Virus record (IMG/VR): IMGVR_UViG_3300043399_000297
Span: 124,001 to 188,000 of that record
Direction: 5' to 3' (one strand)
DNA: 64,000 nucleotides
Below the pieces are notes generated by a model that searched no databases, was not told the DNA's origin, and saw only the letters and a program-made list of their open reading frames with translations. The position numbers were made by a program, and so were the translations under genes. Each line of letters starts with the position of its first letter. The stretch's first letter is position 1. Of the stretch, positions 17,320 to 27,348 are shown piece after piece.

Positions 17320-20300
17320 ATGGCAATTATCCAGATTTCAAAAATCCAACAACGCTCAGGTAATTTAGTAGACCTGCCGCAACTTGACGAAGCCGAATTT
17401 GGCTGGGCGACTGACGAAAAACGTCTTTTTATTGGTAAAACCACCCCAAACGAAAACATTGAAATATTAACCTCATATTCGCATATTGCATTCAGTCAAA
17501 TTGATGGTTCTGTAGGCAATCTCAATATTAACCCATTAACCGCCGCTAATGGACAACCACTAGTGTTTGATGGAGACAATTGGGTAAATAAGGGAGGAAT
17601 TGCGGGAGGCTTAATTACATTAGGTGATGTATCTAATGTTAAAATCGACGGGGGTGCAATCGGATATGTTCTTGAGACAGATGGGTCCGGAAATTTAAAT
17701 TGGACTCCTAAGGGAGCAATAGTTGCCTATATTGAAAATGTGTCTCAAGCCAATCCCGGTATTGTGACAACTACAGCAAATAATGCATTCGTTGATGGGT
17801 TGCGAGTTACTATAACTGGTGCTCAAGGAATGACTCAGTTGAATGGTAATTCCTATTATATTGATGTGTTGACTGCTAATACTTTTGCTCTTTACACGAA
17901 TTCAACTTTATCAGCTACAGGCAATACTCTATCTTTTTCTCCCTATGCCTATTCAACAGTATCTGCTACTACTGCAAGTACCAACAGGATTACTGTAGGT
18001 AACTCTGCACCCCTTTCATTGAACGCTCCTGTAAAATTTTCAGGAAATATTGCAGCAAATGGCAGTGGCAATGTAACAAACTTAAATACTTCGACTACAT
18101 TTTATGTAAAGTCTAAAGATTCGGGTAACACTTGGATTACTGTTTCTGATACATTGTTACCGAACGGCGTAGCTGGAAACACTTATATACTCGCTACGTC
18201 AACGAGTTTAAGTGCTGCTGTATATCAAACCGGAGGTAGAGCAGTTTCTTCATTATCCGGGGGAACTTCTAGTGCCAATGCTCAAGGTACTAATACCTCG
18301 GTTCAGTATAACGCAGGTGGATTTTTAGCAGGAGGAACCGATCTTACCTTTGATTATGTCGGTAAAGTATTAACTGTTAATGGTACTGCTAATATAGTAA
18401 ATGTCAACGCCGGCGGTAATGTAGTGGGAAATAGATTTATTGCTAATGTGGCTACTGGTACTGCTCCTATTCAAGTGACTTCAACTACTCGTGTAGCAAA
18501 TCTTAACGTTGCATACTCAAACGTAAGTGACTTTGGTGTTGTTACTGCACAAACAACAGGGACATTTTATCCTACCTTTATCAATGGAACAAGTTCGGGT
18601 AATTATGCATTAAGTGCAAACAGTGCTTTCAGCGCAAATATTACATCTGGCGTGTTTAATGCCGGCGGATTTACTGCATTAGGAAACATATCTGCTAATA
18701 ATTTATCAATCAGTAATTTAGCAAACGTAGGTTCAAACCTCAATGTATCCGGTAATATCACTGCTCCGAGATTAATATCCAATATTGCAACTGGCACTGC
18801 GCCATTAACTGTAACTAGCAACACTCGTGTTGCAAACTTGAATGTTAATTACGCAAATGTAAGTGATTTCGGAGCTGTTACTGCACAAACAACAGGAACA
18901 TTCTATCCAGTTTTTGTAAGTGGTAGTTCAAGTGCAAATTATGCTTTGGGTGCAAATGCTAATATTTCGTTTAATGCAGCAACCGGAAATCTTGCTGTAA
19001 CATTGTTGAATGTTACGTCAAATGCTAACGTTGGTAACTTAGGGACAGCAGCACTTGTTGCAACGGGCAATGCTTCGTTTACGGGTGCAAACGTTTATGT
19101 AGCAGATATCGGAAACCTAAAGATTCCTGGAGGCTCAAGTGGATATGTATTACAAACAGACGGTACTGGTAACTTAAGTTTTGCTAACCCTGGTGCAGTA
19201 GTTGCTTCTCCTGCAGGTTCAAATACACAAGTTCAGTTCAACGATAATAATGTAATGAACGCAACAAGTGCATTTACATTTAATAAAGCAACTAATAATG
19301 TCAATGTAAACGGCAATACGATCACAAGTGGACTTGTTTCCGGCGGAACGTTAAATATAACCGGCAATGCTAATATCGGTAATCTCGGATTAAGTGGAAT
19401 TATAACTGCTTCTGGTACAATAACAGGCGGAAACTTATCAACTGGCGGCACATTAAATGCAACCGGCAATGCTAATGTAGGCAACATTGGAGCTACTAAT
19501 GCAAATATTACTGCGATCACAGTTTCAAGCAATGCTAATGTTGGCAATTTAGGTGCAAGTGGAATTATAACTGCTTCTGGTACAATAACAGGAGGCAATT
19601 TAGCGACTAACGGAACGTTGAATGTAACCGGTAATGCCAATGTAGGTAATATCGGAGCAGTTGCTGCTGTGTTCACTGGTGCAGTTTCAGGGGCCACCTT
19701 AAATATAACAGGTAATGCTAATACAGGTAATTCAAGAACCGGTGCTCTTGTAGCAACAGCTAACGTTTCGTTTACCGGATCTAATATTAGTTTAGGTGAT
19801 GTTGGCAACGTAAAAATTACCGGCGGCTCAAGTGGTTACGTGTTGTCTACTGACGGTTCAGGTAATTTAACTTTTGCTAACCCTGGAGCAGTTGTTGCTT
19901 CTCCGGCTGGATCAAACACCCAAGTTCAATTCAATGACAACAACGTAATGGGGGCAAATAATAATTTCACCTTTAATAAAACAACCGGTAATTTGAATGT
20001 TCCTGGAAATATTGTCGCCGGCACTACTTTAGTGGGAACAGGGTTAACTATTAACGGCAATGGTACTCTCACCGGAAACTTAACTACTCAAAAGAACCTT
20101 TCAGTTGGATTATCAGCAACTATATCCGGCGCGTTGAATGTCAATGGGCAAACAACACTGGGTCTTGCTAGCGGCACTTTTTCAGGGAGTGGCGCCGGAT
20201 TATATTCAATTAACGGTGGAAATGTCAGTAAAGTAGCCAATGCTGTTTATGCAGATAATGCAGGGTATGCAACTACTGCGGGAAGTATAACATCTATTCC

Positions 20301-20751
20301 GGCCGGAACAAAAATGTTGTTTGCACAGACCTCTGCTCCCACCGGATGGACTAAGGATACTACATATGATAACGCGGCTCTCAGAGTAGTAAGCGGTGCC
20401 ACCGGAGCAGGTGGCTCAGTAGATTTCACTTCAGCATTTACCTCACAGGCTGCGGGCGGCACAGTAGGTGATACTGCATTATCTGCGAATCAAATGCCAT
20501 CCCACACACACTATACTGTAGCCGATGTTCTGGGATCTGGAAAAATCACTTCGTCATCTCCGATTGCGTGGTGGAATGGAAACAACCCCGGTGAAGAAGA
20601 ATATGAATTGGCTGACAGCTATGGCAACCCGGCTACACTAGGTATTACTAGCAGTACGGGCGGATCAGCATCACACACTCACTCATTTTCGGGAACCAGC
20701 ATTAATCTCGCTGTTAAATACGTAGACGTTATTATCGCAACGAAAAACTAA
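17320..20751 (+). CDS. tail fibre protein (1143 aa)
   Basis: N-terminal QQRSG...LDEAEFGWATDEKRLFIG anchor, Asn/Gly/Thr repeats, collar-like C-terminus (PTGW...QMPSHTH...HTHS). Confidence 0.85.
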   Translation: MAIIQISKIQQRSGNLVDLPQLDEAEFGWATDEKRLFIGKTTPNENIEILTSYSHIAFSQIDGSVGNLNINPLTAANGQPLVFDGDNWVNKGGIAGGLITLGDVSNVKIDGGAIGYVLETDGSGNLNWTPKGAIVAYIENVSQANPGIVTTTANNAFVDGLRVTITGAQGMTQLNGNSYYIDVLTANTFALYTNSTLSATGNTLSFSPYAYSTVSATTASTNRITVGNSAPLSLNAPVKFSGNIAANGSGNVTNLNTSTTFYVKSKDSGNTWITVSDTLLPNGVAGNTYILATSTSLSAAVYQTGGRAVSSLSGGTSSANAQGTNTSVQYNAGGFLAGGTDLTFDYVGKVLTVNGTANIVNVNAGGNVVGNRFIANVATGTAPIQVTSTTRVANLNVAYSNVSDFGVVTAQTTGTFYPTFINGTSSGNYALSANSAFSANITSGVFNAGGFTALGNISANNLSISNLANVGSNLNVSGNITAPRLISNIATGTAPLTVTSNTRVANLNVNYANVSDFGAVTAQTTGTFYPVFVSGSSSANYALGANANISFNAATGNLAVTLLNVTSNANVGNLGTAALVATGNASFTGANVYVADIGNLKIPGGSSGYVLQTDGTGNLSFANPGAVVASPAGSNTQVQFNDNNVMNATSAFTFNKATNNVNVNGNTITSGLVSGGTLNITGNANIGNLGLSGIITASGTITGGNLSTGGTLNATGNANVGNIGATNANITAITVSSNANVGNLGASGIITASGTITGGNLATNGTLNVTGNANVGNIGAVAAVFTGAVSGATLNITGNANTGNSRTGALVATANVSFTGSNISLGDVGNVKITGGSSGYVLSTDGSGNLTFANPGAVVASPAGSNTQVQFNDNNVMGANNNFTFNKTTGNLNVPGNIVAGTTLVGTGLTINGNGTLTGNLTTQKNLSVGLSATISGALNVNGQTTLGLASGTFSGSGAGLYSINGGNVSKVANAVYADNAGYATTAGSITSIPAGTKMLFAQTSAPTGWTKDTTYDNAALRVVSGATGAGGSVDFTSAFTSQAAGGTVGDTALSANQMPSHTHYTVADVLGSGKITSSSPIAWWNGNNPGEEEYELADSYGNPATLGITSSTGGSASHTHSFSGTSINLAVKYVDVIIATKN

Positions 20752-20763
20752 CAGGATATATTA

Positions 20764-21066
20764 ATGAAACTAGAACCCGGAAAATTTTGCCCACTGCTTA
20801 AAAAAGATTGCATAGGCTTGCAATGCTCTTGGTTTATGCTAATTAGAGGTAAGCATCCACAGACAGGTCAAGACGTTGATGAATGGGGCTGCGCTATGAC
20901 TTGGTTACCTATACTAATGATTGAAAATAGTCAACAGCAGAGACAGACCGGTGCTGCTGTAGAAAGTTTCAGAAATGAAGTAGTAATGGCAGCAGAAAAA
21001 AGTCAACAGCGTTTGCAACAAGAAAATAATACGCCTCCGTTATATATTAATACTTTTCAAGGCTGA
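20764..21066 (+). CDS. Cys-rich fibre-associated protein
   Basis: CP..KKDC...QC.W...WGCA motif directly after the fibre gene. Confidence 0.6.
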   Translation: MKLEPGKFCPLLKKDCIGLQCSWFMLIRGKHPQTGQDVDEWGCAMTWLPILMIENSQQQRQTGAAVESFRNEVVMAAEKSQQRLQQENNTPPLYINTFQG

Positions 21067-21110
21067 ATGTTTTTATTAACATAGCATATAATTATTTCTT
21101 ACCAATAAGA

Positions 21111-21190
21111 TAAATACTTTCAAGCTCAAGAGAGTTTATGCAGTCCCCGCTGCGTAGAGGCTAGAACCCTCTTATATAAGGAGAAAACAA
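21111..21190 (+). promoter_or_regulatory. late promoter plus structured 5' leader
   Basis: TAAATA at 21111-21116; stems AAGCTC/GAGTTT, TATGCAG/CTGCGTA and GAGG/CCTC precede the SD. Confidence 0.5.
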
Positions 21191-22459
21191 ATGGGACGCC
21201 CACTAAAGATTGCTAAAGCACAAGCAGTCATTACAATCACAAACACAACTAACTCAACTGATCTAGTTACAACTAATGCAAACTTCACTAATCTTGGTAT
21301 TATTGCAGGTATGCCGTTTGTAACTGCATCGAACATCGGCGGGCTTGTCGCCGGAACACTATATTGGATTCTTAAGGTAGTAAACTCAGGAAATAACAGC
21401 ACTTTCACTGTTTCTGAAACTCCGTTAAATGCTAATGTAAATAGCACACCCAAAGATTTGTCAACTGCATCAGGCACTGTTTCAACTACAGTTGGTCCAG
21501 TTGATGCGTATTTCAATAATCCAAACGGTCCTCAATGGCCAGCAACAAATGCCAATACTTACTCAGTAGTAGGCGGTAATACATCAATTTATGGCAAACA
21601 AGTACTTTGCAATGTTGCGCTAGGTCAAACAGGTTCAGGTGTAATCTATTCATACACTACGAGCCCTGTAATTGGTGGTCTAGGAACAGATTTTGCCAAC
21701 ACTAGCGGTACAGGCACTGTTATTCAGTATGTGCAAGCAAATGGTGTTCCAGCTACTCTTGGATATGTAAGCAGCAATGCTCAGCCAAACATTGAGATTT
21801 CAAATGCAACTGCAACTGGTAATTTCTTGACAACAGTAGGTAATGCATTAACTTTGAGTTTAAATCTTCCGGTTACTCTAACAGCCGATATCGGTGGTCT
21901 AACAGCAGGAACTACTTATTTCGTTAAAACAACTCCAAATGCAACTGCATTTTCAGTGTCATTAACGCCGGGCGGAGCTAATGTTGGATTAAGCAGCGAA
22001 GATGCAACTTCTTACGCAAATCAGGACTTGGTCACTTTCGCAGCTAACGCAGCAGCAGCTACTTCAGCCGCTGCTTATATCTTTGCAACACCAGAAGCAG
22101 GATATATTGTTCGTCAGAAGGGCAAGCAGAAGTATCTTGTTAAGGGAGCCACATCAGGTCTCGTTGGACAGTGCTACACTGCAAACGTTGCAAATACTGC
22201 AATGCTTCCAAACACTATGACTATCACTGCAACCTATGCCAACAGTGCAACAGTTAAGGTTCAGAGTTTGAGCGATCACACTGCTGAATTGTTCACTGCA
22301 ACATCAGGTGGACCTGCAACAAGCACTGACAACATTAACAATGCTGCCCCTGCTTTTGCAACGTTCAACACCGCTGTTGCTGCTAACTCGACTCAGTTGT
22401 ATGATTTCAGTTATGGCAACGCACAACCTTACCCGATCGTACAAATCGGCAACGCATAA
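21191..22459 (+). CDS. virion structural protein
   Basis: Late promoter, strong SD, two copies of a GG..AGT.Y(W/F)(I/V)...F.VS.T beta module. Confidence 0.7.
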   Translation: MGRPLKIAKAQAVITITNTTNSTDLVTTNANFTNLGIIAGMPFVTASNIGGLVAGTLYWILKVVNSGNNSTFTVSETPLNANVNSTPKDLSTASGTVSTTVGPVDAYFNNPNGPQWPATNANTYSVVGGNTSIYGKQVLCNVALGQTGSGVIYSYTTSPVIGGLGTDFANTSGTGTVIQYVQANGVPATLGYVSSNAQPNIEISNATATGNFLTTVGNALTLSLNLPVTLTADIGGLTAGTTYFVKTTPNATAFSVSLTPGGANVGLSSEDATSYANQDLVTFAANAAAATSAAAYIFATPEAGYIVRQKGKQKYLVKGATSGLVGQCYTANVANTAMLPNTMTITATYANSATVKVQSLSDHTAELFTATSGGPATSTDNINNAAPAFATFNTAVAANSTQLYDFSYGNAQPYPIVQIGNA

Positions 22460-22469
22460 GGAATAAAAT

Positions 22470-22787
22470 ATGGCTCAGCCTTCACCACAATTTGCTAGTG
22501 CTAAGACTGAGACCGAAGTCGCAGTCCTTCAGGTCCAGTTCGAAAATATCAACGAAAAGGTAGATAATTTGAAAACTGACCTGAAGGAAATGCGAGAAGC
22601 AATTAACCACACAAGTGAAACAGCCTTTAGACTTATTAAAGAGTTCAAAGAAGATAATGCTAAGGCACATAAGGAAGTTGCAGATAAGATTTCTGCTTTA
22701 GAAAAATGGCGCTGGATGCTTATGGGCGCAGGAATCTTAGCCGGAGCATTAGGTTGGCCAGTGCTATCTAAATTGCTTGGTATCTAA
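22470..22787 (+). CDS. coiled-coil protein with a C-terminal TM helix (holin/XhlA-like candidate)
   Basis: Heptad pattern followed by LEKWRWMLMGAGILAGAL. Confidence 0.5.
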   Translation: MAQPSPQFASAKTETEVAVLQVQFENINEKVDNLKTDLKEMREAINHTSETAFRLIKEFKEDNAKAHKEVADKISALEKWRWMLMGAGILAGALGWPVLSKLLGI

Positions 22788-23185
22788 GTAAGACTGTTTA
22801 ATTTCTCTATAACAATATCAATATTAACCGTAGAAAATAATCCCGGATGTAATGGTTTAGGATATAACCCATTCATAACCCAAGCATAACCACAGTGTTC
22901 ATAATTTAGTTCGGGTACAAACTCATCTTCTATTTCACAAAAAAAGGTATGATACACGAAGTTGCCATTGACAAACTTTTGTATGGGTATTAGTTTGATA
23001 TCCTCGTTGAAAAAACCAATTTCTTCATTACATTCTCTTGCGATACCATCGAATAGTGTTTCGTTTTGTTCGATCTTTCCGCCAGGTATGCTCCACGTTG
23101 GATTTTTTTGATCGGATCGTAATAGATAGAGATATCGGTCAGTTTTCTTGCTATGAAAGAATACGCCGGCTGCTTGATGGGTCAT
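22784..23185 (-). CDS. Nudix hydrolase
   Basis: Nudix box GGKIEQNETLFDGIARECNEEIG. Confidence 0.9.
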   Translation of the reverse strand: MTHQAAGVFFHSKKTDRYLYLLRSDQKNPTWSIPGGKIEQNETLFDGIARECNEEIGFFNEDIKLIPIQKFVNGNFVYHTFFCEIEDEFVPELNYEHCGYAWVMNGLYPKPLHPGLFSTVNIDIVIEKLNSLT

Positions 23186-24558
23186 ATTACTATACTATAG
23201 TCGCCCTGATCGTACCAACCTTCATATGATTTTACCCACATCCCTTCAGTAGGAACATATCTATATTGCACATTAGTGGTTAAATTAGTTACAAATTCAA
23301 TTGAGGTTGCATTTAAACTATCAAATGATACTACCCACTCCATTGTATTGGTGTCAAACTCTATAACATCATTGGCACTAGCAACTAAGTTGCCCCAAGA
23401 TACAGTAGTATCGTTGTCATATCCAATGTTCTCTACAATTAAATATCTTACTCCGGGAGTCGGCCCGGGTAATCCTGCATTAGGACCAGTCAACAACGGA
23501 TTAATAATGGCGTTTATCGGAGACAGCGTGTTCTGTGGCAAGGTGTCTTCATCAATATTGTAAATTAAGAATCTGTCATCGTTAGGATTAGGAACTATTG
23601 TTCCCACGATATCGTCTTCCATATATGGATTTTGTAACCAAATCTGGCTAATTCCCGGTTTTACAGCTCCATATACATTTAATAAACTTGACCAATATAA
23701 ATCAGTATTGGGATTTATCGGTTGTTCAAAGCTATCGTTAGGTGGAAAGAATGGTTCATTTGCCGGAAGTAGTTGTAGTTGATTACCCATTAACAGTAAT
23801 TTGTATCCATATGGTGTAATCTTTTGTCTAGTTCCGAGTAACAAATCTTCGTCCTGCATATCTTGTAAAGCATTTCCTTTAAAGATACTTGCAATGATTT
23901 TATGAATAACTCCCATCTTCTTGAGTTTAGAACTAGTGCTGATCCATATTGGCATATAGAACTTCCAAGTCAAAATATCAATTGGATTTTGTGTTCCTTG
24001 CGGGATCGTTCTACTAGTGAAGGTTATGCCATCCTGGTATACAACTGAAAGAGAAGTCCAGTCAATAAAGTTATCAGTGCTTTGAATTTCTAAAGCAGGA
24101 TTAAATAACGTGCCCAATTGCTCTACTATTTCAAGTTTCTGATTATAGTTTGTGGTCCAAAAATCAACAGTCACTCTAAGAGTGTATGGTACTGGCATTA
24201 ATCTTTCGACTGTGAATGCCTGCCCTTGCGTAGTCTCGTAAACTTGAGTATCTTGATTATATGCTCGTTGTCTCACGTTAATTCTGTCAACGAAAGTAGG
24301 ATCCTGCGTCCTCTTTTGATCATATTCTAACCCGCTAATGTAGTAAGTAATCATAGGTGCAGAGGGAAGATTGCTTGCACTATTGTTTGCAATAATAGTA
24401 GATGCTTGTCTGCTACTATCACCGTACATAATAGGAACTCGCATATATATTGGATTACCGTTCGGATCTTTACCCCTAGTTACTTCCCAGTTGCTAAAAA
24501 TCTTAGCAAACTGAATCAAAAACCGACGTATTTGGTTATCATAAAAATATTGTGCCAA
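23182..24558 (-). CDS. tail terminator / sheath stabiliser (T4 gp15-like) with a C-terminal extension
   Basis: YFYD.QIRRFLIQF..IFS, VPIMYG, PVPYTL, EQL..LFNP. Confidence 0.8.
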   Translation of the reverse strand: MAQYFYDNQIRRFLIQFAKIFSNWEVTRGKDPNGNPIYMRVPIMYGDSSRQASTIIANNSASNLPSAPMITYYISGLEYDQKRTQDPTFVDRINVRQRAYNQDTQVYETTQGQAFTVERLMPVPYTLRVTVDFWTTNYNQKLEIVEQLGTLFNPALEIQSTDNFIDWTSLSVVYQDGITFTSRTIPQGTQNPIDILTWKFYMPIWISTSSKLKKMGVIHKIIASIFKGNALQDMQDEDLLLGTRQKITPYGYKLLLMGNQLQLLPANEPFFPPNDSFEQPINPNTDLYWSSLLNVYGAVKPGISQIWLQNPYMEDDIVGTIVPNPNDDRFLIYNIDEDTLPQNTLSPINAIINPLLTGPNAGLPGPTPGVRYLIVENIGYDNDTTVSWGNLVASANDVIEFDTNTMEWVVSFDSLNATSIEFVTNLTTNVQYRYVPTEGMWVKSYEGWYDQGDYSIVI

Positions 24559-24569
24559 TTATTAAATCC

Positions 24570-26306
24570 TTATTCTGGTGGCAAAACGTCTGGCTTCGGT
24601 TGAAGTATTGATGACAGTGGTTGTGCTTCAGGAACCAATTTACCTTCATTATTTACATAAATTTCTTGCTTGTCATTAATAAATCCTGAGAGCAGTGCCT
24701 GATCAGCTAACGTAAATCCTGTATCAGTTCTTACATTTTCAGAGATTCTAATCCACAATTGCCCGTCCCAACGATATAACAACTGCGGAGCATAATCAAT
24801 ACGTAAGAAATAGTCACCCACTTGCGGGTTTTGTGGGAAACTAATACCAGCACCGGTTGTACCATATGGTCCAGTTACTCCTGCAGGATAACCGTTTGGT
24901 GTCGAACCATCCCCAGTTAGATATCCTGCGGAATAACCGAATGATCTTGGGCTTGCTCGTGCTATATATTGGAATCTAGGATCGCAGTCAGCACGATAAT
25001 CCATTTGTTGTGTAATATCACCGGTGAATCCAGGAGCAGTAGGATCAGCGTCGGCAGTAGCATAGGTGTTGTCTGCGGTGCCATATGGCCCATATACAAT
25101 GCCATATGATTCAACAGTTAATATCTTTGTACCTTCTACTGCTCCGGACCCACCGTCAGTTCTAGAGGGTGCTTGTTCTATGATTTGCAGACTTGCTTGC
25201 ATAAACTTATCAATTGTTCCACCGTCTGCGGTCATATTATAAATTGCATCTAGTGCTTCGGAGGAAATTTTAATTCCGGCACTTGGATTTTTATACTTTG
25301 AATTTCTAAAAATTGTTATCTTACCTAATGCAGGAGTAAATCCAGGAGTAGTACCAGGCTGCACGTTAACGTCAATCGGCGGCGCGGGTTGGTCATACTT
25401 ACGAGATAATACACCGTTTGATTCGTATTCCCCGTAAGTAGGAACAATATACAATTTACTTGTATCATACCCTGATAGTGGAACTAGTCTTTGTGCTTCT
25501 TGTAATTGAGCATCGTTGATTGCAATATTTTTGTTATACGTAGAAAGAATATCAGCAAGACTGCCGTTGTCTACTACCTTCCAATATGTTTCGTTTGGAG
25601 GAGTGATTCCAATCGGAACTTCTATTAATGCCTCGTAAACTTTGCCGCCATATGTTACTGTATATCCGGCCGGATACGTTTTAGCAGAATCGTAATCGCC
25701 TAAATAATTGTCTTGCTCTACAGGCTGATCTAATATGTCTTTGAATTCTTCGCTGTTTACTAGTGGTTCACACTTGATACGCCATAGATGAGGGTACCAA
25801 GTTTGACTAAAGCCTTCACTTGCATAGTTAGAATCAGTGATTTGATAGAATCGCTTTAACGCAACGGGAATAGTCTCGTTTAATGGATTATAATCTAGTA
25901 AGTGTGGAAGTTCCAATACGTCACCAACCATCAATTTACGACCTATAATGTCTATCATATCATTGTAGTGGACGGTGATAAAGATTATATCATTGTTCAG
26001 GAACAAACCAAATTGGCTTAAATCAAAGTCTAAGTTTTGAACATTATAGTGACCGCGCAGTCGATAAATGTTTGGATCATACTTACGATCACGGTTTTCT
26101 AAGAACAACAAGTCTTGAATCTGTGTAGGATTAGGTTCAAGATATTGTGGTTGAGTGTAATCAGTAGATGGACCCTGATTGGCTATACCTATATACTTGT
26201 GAATATATAAGTCGGTACCACCGACCGTAAACATCTCTGAGATATTTCGGTCTAGAAAACGATAATCGTTTTGTTTGTTCGAACGGTAAAGTGATAGCTT
26301 TGGCAT
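24570..26306 (-). CDS. neck/head-closure protein (T4 gp14-like) with extensions
   Basis: DLLFLENRDRKY, LSQFGL, GRKLMVGDVLELP, WRIKCEP; adjacent to the gp15-like gene. Confidence 0.7.
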   Translation of the reverse strand: MPKLSLYRSNKQNDYRFLDRNISEMFTVGGTDLYIHKYIGIANQGPSTDYTQPQYLEPNPTQIQDLLFLENRDRKYDPNIYRLRGHYNVQNLDFDLSQFGLFLNNDIIFITVHYNDMIDIIGRKLMVGDVLELPHLLDYNPLNETIPVALKRFYQITDSNYASEGFSQTWYPHLWRIKCEPLVNSEEFKDILDQPVEQDNYLGDYDSAKTYPAGYTVTYGGKVYEALIEVPIGITPPNETYWKVVDNGSLADILSTYNKNIAINDAQLQEAQRLVPLSGYDTSKLYIVPTYGEYESNGVLSRKYDQPAPPIDVNVQPGTTPGFTPALGKITIFRNSKYKNPSAGIKISSEALDAIYNMTADGGTIDKFMQASLQIIEQAPSRTDGGSGAVEGTKILTVESYGIVYGPYGTADNTYATADADPTAPGFTGDITQQMDYRADCDPRFQYIARASPRSFGYSAGYLTGDGSTPNGYPAGVTGPYGTTGAGISFPQNPQVGDYFLRIDYAPQLLYRWDGQLWIRISENVRTDTGFTLADQALLSGFINDKQEIYVNNEGKLVPEAQPLSSILQPKPDVLPPE

Positions 26307-26330
26307 ACATTTATTTATCGAAAAAAACGG

Positions 26331-26359
26331 TTGACACGGCTACACTAAACTGCTAAAAG
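26331..26359 (+). promoter_or_regulatory. sigma70-type early promoter TTGACA-N17-TAAAAG
   Basis: Consensus -35; TGC immediately before the -10. Confidence 0.6.
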
Positions 26360-26397
26360 AGAGAAATGCAATGCCGCATTAACATAGACGGAAAAAT

Positions 26398-26874
26398 ATG
26401 ATGTTTAAGTATAAGTGCAATCCTGAGTTTTTTGATCATCAAGGGAACCCCTATTTCCCGGCATTTTTTAGAGGGAAGGAGCTGCCCGGATACTACTTTG
26501 TTTTCCGAGAGGGCAAGATAGTGTTTATGAGTAATCGCCGGGGATCACTTAAGCCGCTGTCACCTAGCGTTAGTGGTAAAAGCAAATACCCTAAGGTTAG
26601 TGTAACTGTTGATGAGTTTGGCACCAGACTCACTCCTCATATTCATCAAATTGTTGCACAGACTTTCCACGATTATCCTCTACCGGACGGGGTTACCGAA
26701 GCTGAATGGCGCCGAACTCCTGCTTCTATTAAGAAGCATTTTGATTCACATTATTGGGAAGCAAATCACATCGACCACGATCATTCTAACTTCCATCCAA
26801 ACAACTTGGAGTGGGTATCCCGCGGTACCAATGTCGATAAGTATCACGAACATCGCTTGGAAAATGAAGATTGA
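26398..26874 (+). CDS. HNH endonuclease-like protein
   Basis: IHQIVAQTF...ANHIDHDHSNFHPNNLEWVS..TN. Confidence 0.85.
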   Translation: MMFKYKCNPEFFDHQGNPYFPAFFRGKELPGYYFVFREGKIVFMSNRRGSLKPLSPSVSGKSKYPKVSVTVDEFGTRLTPHIHQIVAQTFHDYPLPDGVTEAEWRRTPASIKKHFDSHYWEANHIDHDHSNFHPNNLEWVSRGTNVDKYHEHRLENED

Positions 26875-26887
26875 CCTGAGTTTTCGG

Positions 26888-26916
26888 TTGACATAGTTAC
26901 CCAAAACTGCTATAAG
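26888..26916 (+). promoter_or_regulatory. sigma70-type early promoter TTGACA-N17-TATAAG
   Basis: Consensus -35 and 17-nt spacer. Confidence 0.7.
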
Positions 26917-26941
26917 AGAACTATAGCAAGGAGATAGTGAT

Positions 26942-27172
26942 ATGCTCAAGCCCGAAACCCGCGCAAAGGTCATTGAACTTAAGAGCCGATTGCATCGTGC
27001 AGAAGATCGGGAACTTATCGACAGTCTGGTTAACGCAGTTGAACAGTTCCATAAGGAAAACGAACGTCTTAAACAACGTAACCTCGAGGATAGCTGGCGC
27101 AACAGCCCCGATCGCAGCGGCGGACAGTTTAGTGATAGTGAAATTCTTGACAGCTACAGGAATCGTTGGTAA
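26942..27172 (+). CDS. small early hypothetical protein
   Basis: AAGGAG SD; coiled-coil character. Confidence 0.7.
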   Translation: MLKPETRAKVIELKSRLHRAEDRELIDSLVNAVEQFHKENERLKQRNLEDSWRNSPDRSGGQFSDSEILDSYRNRW

Positions 27173-27348
27173 TGACCATTGAAGACCGCGCATTTGAACT
27201 TCTCCGCGAAGCTCTGCCCGGGCTTAATGAAGGGCAATATCGTATAATCAAGGAAACTTCTCACCCTTTATGGGAAGAGGCAGTAAAGATTGCCACTAAA
27301 GAAGATGAAGATTGGGCCTTTCTCACTAAGCGTTGGGAGCAATTATGA
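27172..27348 (+). CDS. small hypothetical protein
   Basis: TAATG coupling. Confidence 0.55.
   Translation: MTIEDRAFELLREALPGLNEGQYRIIKETSHPLWEEAVKIATKEDEDWAFLTKRWEQL

Noticed and set aside
17320-20751. Diversity-generating retroelement target (Mtd-like N-terminus)
   Set aside because: No reverse transcriptase and no adenine-specific TR/VR repeat pair were seen in the window; the repeats are ordinary in-frame fibre modules.
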